Assembly (NCBI GenBank): GCA_024682255.1 | Contig: GCA_024682255.1_4716.1 | Length of the DNA: 64,000 nucleotides | DNA from: a phage | Reading direction: 5' to 3' (one strand) | Part shown: positions 28,619 through 37,350 of the stretch, piece after piece | Layout: every line of letters begins with the position of its first letter | How positions within the stretch are numbered: position 1 is the first letter of the stretch | The notes under the pieces: model-generated | Seen by the model: only the letters and a program-made list of their open reading frames with translations | Databases searched by the model: none | Told to the model about the DNA's origin: nothing | Made by a program: the position numbers and the translations under genes

Positions 28619-29728
28619 TTATTTAGCGTCGTTAAAGTAAATATCAACAGCTCGTTCCGTTGCGTAGAGGAGACCAAGATTCACAGTCCCAACCACTTCC
28701 GGTGAACCGATGATACGGTTAGCGATACTGGTGCCACTGAAGATAGCATCAAGGGTGTGCCCGTCTTCGGTTTTGTTCACACCATGACCCACGGAAGAGA
28801 CAACGGATTTCGCTTGAGCTGCGAAGGTACCTTTATCACCCATCCCCGCACCAAGGTCGTAACGCATGAAAATACGGATGGCGATCTGGTTCTCGCCTAA
28901 CGGATTACCGTCTATTCTCACGTTACTGTTATTGATACGCCCCGTTGTTGCTTCGTTGAGTTTCAGTTCCTTAACGCGTTTAGCTCGTGCTTTATCCGCT
29001 TCACCGACGAGCGCTGCCATGGTTTCACTCATATCCTCAATCTGAGCGCGGTACAGTACATCGATCTGTACAACTTCACCATGAACGTCAGCACGTGGGT
29101 TATACTGACTCATACGACGTAATGCTTCAACGGCTTCCTGACTCTCATCACTCAGATCGGTTGCAATCGGTTCTTCCAGTGTTGCAAGGATCGTTCGAGG
29201 TTCAACGTGATCGCCGATTTTCACGAGACCGCGAATGTTGAGATGGGCGTCAACGATAAGCGTACGGCTCTTAATCGATGGTGTTACGAGACGATCGGCA
29301 AGATTGTCGAAGATATACGAACTGTCCTCGTGGGTCTCTGGAATATCCAGAATACCGACAAGAGACAGCACGCCTGCGCGCCAAACAACCTGACCTGGGT
29401 TCCACCAGTCGCGTTTAAAATAAAGACGATGGAAAACCACCACATCCTGATCCTTAACGCGATCCCCGACTTTATAATCGGTAATGAGATCGTGAGGATA
29501 ATACTTACCTGGTCCTTTCCCGATTATCGTACCGAGCTGGAAAACCTCTTCCCCTAACTCTGGATCGTCGTACTGTATCGTCAGCGCAGTTTTGGTGACC
29601 TTCTTGACAACACCATCGCCTTGGGCGGCAGCTGCGAAGAGTTTACCAACACGATGCGCGATAACAGTCTCACCGCCGGTGCGCCACGGTTGTACATCGT
29701 AACCTTCAGCAGCAATCATGCGGTTGTG
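28619..29728 (-). CDS. RNA polymerase beta-like subunit, exon 2 (track ORF 28619-29749 begins at an in-intron TTG that is not a real start)
   Basis: HNRMIAAEG matches beta ANRALMGAN; GDKGTFAAQAKSVVS matches beta GDKMAGRHGNKGVIS; frame open upstream into intron. Confidence 0.75.
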   Translation of the reverse strand, partial: HNRMIAAEGYDVQPWRTGGETVIAHRVGKLFAAAAQGDGVVKKVTKTALTIQYDDPELGEEVFQLGTIIGKGPGKYYPHDLITDYKVGDRVKDQDVVVFHRLYFKRDWWNPGQVVWRAGVLSLVGILDIPETHEDSSYIFDNLADRLVTPSIKSRTLIVDAHLNIRGLVKIGDHVEPRTILATLEEPIATDLSDESQEAVEALRRMSQYNPRADVHGEVVQIDVLYRAQIEDMSETMAALVGEADKARAKRVKELKLNEATTGRINNSNVRIDGNPLGENQIAIRIFMRYDLGAGMGDKGTFAAQAKSVVSSVGHGVNKTEDGHTLDAIFSGTSIANRIIGSPEVVGTVNLGLLYATERAVDIYFNDAK

Positions 29729-30264
29729 CTGTATACCTATAAATACCAATCTCTTGGGCGAATTTAGTTCTTATTCAACATAATCGTACTATTACCAGAA
29801 TAAGACTGAGATTAGATTGTTCAGATAAGGTCGTTGCTTGAAACGATCGTTTCAGCGCTCATCTTATCCCGGAGGCGACGATAGGCACATCACCTCCCGC
29901 TTGCGCTCTCACGCAAGAGCAGACTATATCACATCTCGTTTCAAACGGTGCTTCTTCAGCACCTCAACGAGAGTTCACTTCTTCCCAGCGCATCCAGCGC
30001 CATTCTCTTATCCAAGGAGAATGCCTCACTCGAGGGGTACAGGGGGATGAATCCCTTAGTCGTTGAACCTTTACCTTAGAACGCTTCACAGCGATCCTTA
30101 GGTACTTGGCTGCGGATTGTCCTTAAGCTATTATCTGTTTTTATACCATACCGTCTTTCTTTTCAGAATCCGTTTTGGTCGATAACAGCGATGGATGTCT
30201 TCGCAATTCAGTGAATCTCATCTACATGTCGCCACATAGACGGACCCTGCTATTAAAAGCGTTA
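29729..30264 (-). ncRNA. group I self-splicing intron (no ORF) in RNAP beta-like gene
   Basis: minus-strand P (AAUUGCGAAGA, 30198-30208), Q (AAUCCGCAGC, 30109-30118), R (GGUUCAACGACUAAGGGAUU, 30050-30069), S (GAUAUAGUC, 29922-29930) in canonical order; exon ends in U, intron ends in G. Confidence 0.8.
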
Positions 30265-33200
30265 ATCATCTCTATCAGCAGCAGGTACTGCAAGTGCTGA
30301 TGTACTCATTATTGACGAGCTACCATCCGTTTTCTCGTCGTAGGGTTTCGTTTCACCGTATACAGACACAATGTTTGCGTTAGGTGCAAGGTAAGCAGAG
30401 ATACCTACGTCCCCACTATCCTTCGTACCTTCGGATACAACACCAATGTCCGACTTGTCGTATTCACGATCGCGTGCGCGTCGAAGCGATGTCTTTGAAC
30501 GACCCCCAATACCGGTCATCGTCGCTTCTTCACCCTGCTTGATATCCAGCATCGGGTTGGTTTCATCGATCACGATGGAAGCACTGTCGTCGAGAATTTG
30601 GTTCCAGACACTTACCGGACTGATTGAGATTTTCTGGCGATTTCCTTGACTGCTGTTCTCATTCTGACGAATAGCGCCAACCAGATCCTTATACACCAAT
30701 TCAGCGAACTTATCGTACGTTTTAAAACGTTGGTAGTTCACATCGTTCGTGTTAGGAGCCCAATCATCCAGAAGCAATTCAACAGCACGCAGTAACAACA
30801 TGGCGAAATCGGTAGGTTCTCCCATGTTCTGCAGCAACATACGGCTTACCGGATCAACGAAAAGACGCTCCATGAGTTCAAGTTCGCGTAAATGACGAAC
30901 CTTAAGTCCGGCACCATCGACAACGTTAAAATAGATATCTCGATTGTCAAAAGCGCCGCGAGCGTAACCAATGTAGTTACGGTATTCGTTAAACCCACCC
31001 AGCAACAACGTCGTCATGCGGTCGTCTTTACTGAAGATCAAACTTTCGTCGTCAAAGCTCACCGCGAATTCATCGGGTGCTAGACCCATACGAGAACCGC
31101 GAGGTACCGTACGATAGTTTGCTTTAAGATGTTCTAATAACGGGGTGAGTCCGCCCAGATAACTTAGAACAACACCGACCGGAATACGTACACCCATGAA
31201 TTCAAGATCGGCAGCTTCGATCGGCATCTTGGCCGCATTGATGCCGAAGAAATCAGGGAACGTCCCTACAGGTGTTGGTGTTTGTCCTGACTGACAGATA
31301 TAGAGCTGATTGCGTTTATCGATTGCTAAGAATTCACCCAGCGTGTTACGCGCAAACGTCAGGAGCCCTTCGGCTAACTGTTCGTTGAACCGATCTTCCC
31401 CAATGAACTCCGGTAGCGTTTTTATATCGAGACGTATATCCCAATCAGCAAATTGGATTTGGGTATAATTGCGCGCAAGCACAGCGAAGTAGTACGGAAC
31501 TTTGACAGCTGGATCAAAGACGTTACCACGTTTTAACGTGGTTAAGGGTGAGGACTTATCGTAATACATCGCTGTAAGTTGACGTGTTAGCCAACGACCC
31601 GCATTATTAACGACGCGCTCTGAACGTTTAACAAACACCTTACCGTAGGCGGTACTCAATGCAACTTCGGATGACGATACCTTTCTAATAGGTTTATCAA
31701 CACGTTGTTTACGCATCCGGTATTTGATGCCGTTAACGACATAAATGCCGTCCTTACGAACCTTCGGCAACATCACCGGGAACGTGGTCGGGACACCGCC
31801 TACAGGAGCCAGTTTAATCGTGATGACTTGATAATCCCCCATCACGTCAACGACATCTTCAACTTTATATCCCGTGACAGGGTAACCTGCCTGCTGTACC
31901 GCAACAACGGCAGCTGCGATGTCCTTTTGCATTACGTGTTCGACGTAATGTTTATCCCACACCGCGAGCGTCGATTTACATAAGCTCTTGTCGACGATAA
32001 CATCCGCTTCCGGCATAACCTTTGCAGGCGCTAATTTCGCGGCTTTTGGTTTAACTTCAACATACTCGGCAAGTGTTAATCCAGAACCGTCGGGTGCTTC
32101 GATTTCGTGAATGGCATCGGCGTTACGCATCGCTGCTTTATATTGGACACCGCTTAACTGACCCGCATCGGCCAGATCGCTCGCGCGTACCAACACCGCA
32201 TCCGATAACGACTGAATATATTCACCATGTGTTTTTGGTAACGTTGTCGCATCAAAGACATCAACCTTTTCTTCTTCGGTATCGTCGGTAACGACTTCGA
32301 AGAGATCGTCGGTAATGTCCTGATCTTCATCGGGTTGGAAATCCGGCTGTACTTCTACCCCGGGTACTTCACGGACATCTTCGAACGAGCGTTCTACAAT
32401 GGCGTTCCACGCATCAGCGTCATCGTCTTCATCCGAACCACCGACCAACTCCGCTTCTAACTCATCGGGATCAAGAACGGTAGCCAGATCCTCACCGTTA
32501 GGAAGCACGACGTCGCGATCATCGTACTCCGCATCCGGGCTGTCTGCAAGAATATCCCGCTCTTGACGAAGAACCTGTTCCTCTTCTTGTTTCTGTTCTT
32601 CTTCATTCGCGCTCTGCGACCACAGACGTGTTACCGCCATCATCCAACGACGCTGGAAGGTTTCGAGTGTCGTTTTATCGAGTTCTTCCCCTTCCTTTAC
32701 AAGTCCGGTACGCCATTCTTCCAGCAAGCCGAGATTCAGCGTAAAGAAGTACACACCGTCTGTAAATACAACGTTAAGCTTATCCAGCGTGGCCCTGTCT
32801 AACGAAGCCATCGTGCTGTTCTCACGATCGGTTCCCAGCCAGCGGAAGAAGTCAAAGAACGACAGCTCCTCCGGTGTGGCGAAATTCATGAGGTTGTTAC
32901 GGGTCGGTGCCTGTTGCGTGGTACGCATCAACGAAATCTTCGGCAATGTTGACGGTATACGGAACAACAAAAAGTGTTGACGATCGCTTTGCTGTGCGAT
33001 TTCGTTGGCTTTCGACCAAATTGTTTTACGTACGTTGAACCATTCATCATACCAACGGGTGAGCGTTGGACGATAAATGTACATGTGGTTAAGATGCGCG
33101 TAGTTAGCAACGATCTGAGCGTTGATGTTTTTCTCTACCGTGCTTAGATCGGTAACCAAACGAAAACGACGATGTGATGCACGATAATCCAATTTCGCTC

Positions 33201-33471
33201 GTGGGAGTTGGAATCGTTGATCGCGTCGAGGTGCGCCCTGTTTGGTTGCGAGATCATCAGCAAACGAAATCCATAGTTGAGCACTTTCTTTACTCAGCAT
33301 GTATTCGTTTTCTGGAGGACCTATCAACGATGGATCCGTTGCGGTGTAATGATAGACAGCATAACGCGGCAGCTGCAATAGCTGCACTAAACGTAATCTC
33401 GGTGATAGTAGCTCTTGGTAGCGTCTGACACCGAACTGTCGGTAGTAATCAAGGTATTTAAGTTTTGCCAT
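30265..33471 (-). CDS. RNA polymerase beta-like subunit, exon 1 (includes ~450-500 aa non-RNAP N-terminal extension)
   Basis: MTGIGGRSK...SGDVGISAYLAPNAN matches beta ALGPGGLTRERAG...PEGPNIGLINSLSVYAQTN; C-terminal VPAADRDD matches beta IPFLEHDD. Confidence 0.8.
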
Positions 33472-33474
33472 GGG

Positions 33475-33654
33475 TTAGGCTCCACGAGGTCCCGTTAAGT
33501 TGCGTAATAGGAACGCAACTGTATCGTAACCAATATCAATGTTGAATTTATTTTTACCGCTTACCCAAAAAGCACGCTTCTTGTGCGAGTTGGTAATTTC
33601 GTCAATGGCTTCCATGGAATAAAGAACGTTAACCGAGACCGTATCACCGTCGAA
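33475..33654 (-). CDS. RNA polymerase beta-prime-like N-terminal subunit, exon 2 (59 codons, not in ORF track)
   Basis: translation FDGDTVSVNVLYSMEAIDE...NIDIGYDTVAFLLRNLT matches beta-prime [21 protein letters not shown]...VLGLYYMT; preceded by G (omega-G), stop 4 nt before beta-like start. Confidence 0.7.
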   Translation of the reverse strand, partial: FDGDTVSVNVLYSMEAIDEITNSHKKRAFWVSGKNKFNIDIGYDTVAFLLRNLTGPRGA

Positions 33655-35731
33655 CCTTTTCTTCGCCTCAGGTCGCTACGCTGAGACCGCCTGCGTGGAT
33701 ACGTACATCACAGGCTGCTTGCACTTTCATGCAAGAGGAGACTATATCAAACCGTCAGCTTCACCTTCTCGATCGTATCGAGAATGCGGTGCTGAAGTAT
33801 TCTTCAGCAGCACCTGCTACGGTAACCTACACTTCGAAGACGCTTGTCCTCTACAGGGTGGTAAATCCCTTAGTCGTTGAACCTGCGTTGTTTCACATTC
33901 TTGTTTGCAAGAATGCCGTATTGCTACGCAACAACCAGGCTGCTGATTGCCCATTATCACGCACCTTAGCACCGCTTACGCGGCTTTTCTTTCAGCCTAA
34001 GCCTCCGTGGGAGGTAATGTCTGATTAAATCAGACATCGCCAGGAGGTAGTGCATCTCAACTGTTGTTTCCGCCTTTCGGCACCTCATGGGTTGTTGAGC
34101 TTTAGGGGTTCCCAGCAATTCGTAGGTTTTTCAAGCACTCCCTTTCGGGAATACCGGACCATTACCCTTTAGCTAATTTATTTAAGTATCTGAAATCCCA
34201 CTTATCTTTGCGTCTATTTTCGCACTTAATAGCTTGGTTCTTTATTCTCCAAGCCACCTTTGTTTTAGGTAATTGGCTGTAATTGGCCGCTGACGCAGTA
34301 CCTAAAACAACGGTTACGGTACCATCGGGTTTAGTAATCTCTACAGCGCGATAATGCTTACGTAACACATTACGCCAATATTCACGGCGTTCTGGCTCAG
34401 CATACTCAAGCATATAACCGTTGGTATCGACCAGACCGTAACACTCGTTTAAACGAGAGGTAGCGGCCGGTCTACTAATACCGATTGCTTTAGCCGCGTC
34501 AACCACGGTTTTATACGGGGTTTCATTACCGTCTCTATCTACAACCACAATAAAATCTGGACGCGAATCGAGCAGCTGCTGTCTTCGTTCAAGGGCTTGT
34601 TGATGAAGCACCTTGTTAACATGTTCGAACCCGTAACCTTCTGGACCGCGCCACCCTGGATTGTTATTCGCTCGATAAAGTACCGTCGCTGATTTCACTC
34701 CAGTCTGACGTGACGCCTCGTTTGCACTATGAACAACCGTGGTAGAGCCGTCAGGGTGATATATCCGTATCTGGTTCATTATACCGGAACCAACAAAATT
34801 ACCATCAGCTGATTTAATATCCGGCCATGGTTGAGGATTATCCTTGAATTTAACCACCCAACGACTGTTAAACAATTTGACTTTCCGGGCATGTTTACCC
34901 ATTGTCGTATCCGTAACACCAGCTACAACAGAGGCTTGCGTGATACTCAGGTACTCAGTAACGGTATCGTCCCATGTATCCCAGAGCAGAACCGGTTTAT
35001 TGTCGTCGCGTAAACCGTGTTCGATAGCATGCAGGACATTACGACTTCTGGTTGCCCATTCAAGGTTGTCAAGAGAATAGTTCCACTTATCGGCATCAAG
35101 ATGGTTAACGTCCATCCTATCGACATCGGCTGGATACTCTCTCCACGCCAGCATTAGACAACGGTGTAATACCTTGCTACCGGCCTTCTGGCGACAATCA
35201 TGTTTCAAGCAGACAGTAACGTAACGGTTCGTTACGAAACACGGGCGACAAATGCTCCCGTCTTTTCTGTCCCTGATATCACCTACTTCGTTTATTACAT
35301 ATCTCGTCAGTCCTGGAATAACGCGATAGCCAGGATACTTAGCGATTTCATAAGCGGGCTCGAACCGATAGGATAAATTATCAACATCCCAGTTAGATTC
35401 GTCACCATCAACAAACATCGCTTTGACGTATTTCTGTGTTTCAATATCAACCAGGATGTTTTTGTGTGCGATACAAATCAATGCTGGGATATTGAATTCG
35501 CGACCGGCTAAGATAACCGTGTCGCCATCTCTCGGTACCTCGACGTGGGTATCGCGATACCGCAAGTTTCCATAGCCGTCTATTTCAATCCAGCTTAGAA
35601 ACGGAATAGATATAAATTCTTTTTCAGATACTCGCCATTTAAACATATAAACCCCTGTATAACCTTACTGTCACACTAAGAGGTTTATCTGTAAATTCTT
35701 ACAGAATGGCGTAATTTTACTAAAAGGGCCG
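33655..35731 (-). mobile_element. group I intron carrying an HNH homing endonuclease gene, inserted in beta-prime-like gene
   Basis: minus-strand P (AAUUGCUGGGAA, 34109-34120), Q (AAUCAGCAGCC, 33939-33948), R (33864-33883), S (33740-33748); HNH ORF upstream of core; 5-prime boundary by homology. Confidence 0.7.
34162..35646 (-). CDS. HNH homing endonuclease (HNH_3-type with NUMOD/IENR-like HTH modules), intron-encoded
   Basis: motif NHLDADKWNYSLDNLEWATRSRNVLHA; C-terminal AAKAIGISRPAATSRLN HTH-like repeats. Confidence 0.85.
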   Translation of the reverse strand: MFKWRVSEKEFISIPFLSWIEIDGYGNLRYRDTHVEVPRDGDTVILAGREFNIPALICIAHKNILVDIETQKYVKAMFVDGDESNWDVDNLSYRFEPAYEIAKYPGYRVIPGLTRYVINEVGDIRDRKDGSICRPCFVTNRYVTVCLKHDCRQKAGSKVLHRCLMLAWREYPADVDRMDVNHLDADKWNYSLDNLEWATRSRNVLHAIEHGLRDDNKPVLLWDTWDDTVTEYLSITQASVVAGVTDTTMGKHARKVKLFNSRWVVKFKDNPQPWPDIKSADGNFVGSGIMNQIRIYHPDGSTTVVHSANEASRQTGVKSATVLYRANNNPGWRGPEGYGFEHVNKVLHQQALERRQQLLDSRPDFIVVVDRDGNETPYKTVVDAAKAIGISRPAATSRLNECYGLVDTNGYMLEYAEPERREYWRNVLRKHYRAVEITKPDGTVTVVLGTASAANYSQLPKTKVAWRIKNQAIKCENRRKDKWDFRYLNKLAKG

Positions 35732-37240
35732 ATCACCGCCTAAACCGGCGAGGTATGGCGCAGGAACAATAGTCGTTTCTACGAACGAAGCATTAGGTAA
35801 CCAGTCGGGGTATTCCCATGCGATAAATCGTTCATCCGTTATTGGTTCCCAGTTACTATCCAGTTCGGTTTTCGGTTTTGCAGCGACGGTTGTACGCGCG
35901 TAACAGGTTAACGGGATAACGGATTGCATACCCGATACCGGATAACGTGTTACCATCGCAGCCAGGTTATTCCAGTACTTATATCCGGCGATATAGATAA
36001 GCTCGGTGTAAGTAATGGGGTGAACATCCGCACCAGGTTTATTCAACATCTCTGGGGGTAATTCACTCATACCACGGAATAACCGAAACGAATCGTTGTT
36101 CACATAGACGAGGCAAAGATAACGTCCATTGACCATGATAGGTTCATTACGCACACCAGGATCGCTTAAGGTGTTCAGTAAACGTTCGATACCGTCCCAG
36201 GTTGTAAAGTCATCGATGGTGTCTGGATCAAGCGTGACACGTTCACGTTCCATCGTTTCGGTATCGATAAGTTCAACTTCTGTAACATCACGGACAAATA
36301 TTTCCTGCAAAATCCCCGTACGTAACGCATGTTGCGTTACAGGGAGAGCAGCTTTACTCATCTGGTATAACCCTAACTGAACCGCGGTACAGGAAGGCTG
36401 GTTAGGCGACCCTAGTACCTCCGTTGTGGGGTTAATTGCCGAAATAACGTTACGGGTTGAGTTCCAAACGCGACGTGAACCGAACTTGCCTTGGAAGATC
36501 CCTTTCTTACCTTGGAACATATCCAACAACAAAGCGTAGATATCGTTAAATGTTCTCTGTAAGCTCCAGCGCTGGCCGTCGTAAACGGGATCAGAATAAT
36601 CTTTTAATCCATCAGGGACGGTGTTAGAAATTGCAAGGAAACGACGATACAACTCTGTGATTTCTTGCTCGCTTTCATACCCGCCTTCTTTTACTTCTAT
36701 TTCACGTAAGCCCGCAGGTAAAACCAGTAAGTGACGAGTCATCGCTTTGAACATGTTCTCTTCGACAACTTTAATTCGTAGCTCTCGTTGAGCTGAACCT
36801 GTTGAAACGAACTTGATATCCGCGACGTGTTGTGCAAAGAACCCATATCCTGTTTGTCCTGTTAACGCATCAGACGCAACGAAGTCGCGTTGTTCAGGAT
36901 CCCACCGAGCGTACGCCTTCCCCGACATGATATCGCCATAGAGGTGTTTTAGTCGAATGAGGCGATCGTAAATGACGGGATGCAGGATTTCAACCTTACA
37001 TTCAATCACCGCAAATCGACGGTCTCGATCTTCGCTACCCGCACTACCAAAGATGGTGTAAGAATAGAAACCATCATCGTGGAAATTACCGGTGCTTGGG
37101 TCACGGATGCTCATGCTCGTGATCTTGGGGAGAAAACGTAACTGCTGTTTATCGAGGTGTAAAATACTAATGTTAAACGGCTCTCTGACTTTAGCCATGG
37201 AGACACTCCTCTTTACCACCACCGGCTGCGGCGGTATCAT
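35732..37240 (-). CDS. RNA polymerase beta-prime-like N-terminal subunit, exon 1 (likely true start ATG at 37198; track frame continues to stop at 35720 inside intron)
   Basis: DGFYSYTIFGS ~ beta-prime DGLFCARIFGP; LLVLPAGLREIEVKEGG ~ [30 protein letters not shown] ~ NRAPTLHRLG; exon ends LAGLGGD before FDGD of exon 2. Confidence 0.75.
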
Positions 37241-37350
37241 CTGAACACACGAGAGACGTAATGGGTGATGGCGTCACCCATCGCTTCCTTGCTTGAGGCG
37301 AGGAAGTTATTAGGTTACGTACCTGCCTGATTTTATCAGGTGGGCGATGT

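Noticed and set aside
28619-29749. ORF-track call of an independent 376-aa gene starting at TTG 29749
   Set aside because: The first seven codons lie inside the group I intron; the frame is the continuation of the beta-like exon 1 after splicing at 29728, so this is exon 2, not a separate gene.
29838-30050. 70-aa plus-strand ORF
   Set aside because: It lies wholly inside the minus-strand group I intron core, has a low-complexity Arg/Ser-rich translation and no RBS.
33695-34028. Plus-strand ORFs 33695-33880 and 33729-34028
   Set aside because: They lie antisense within the second group I intron core; the sequence is explained by conserved RNA structure elements.
35720-35731. C-terminal codons ...RPF plus stop of the beta-prime-like ORF as annotated by the track
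   Set aside because: Homology places the exon boundary after GGD at 35732; the last three codons and stop are most likely intron sequence read in frame.
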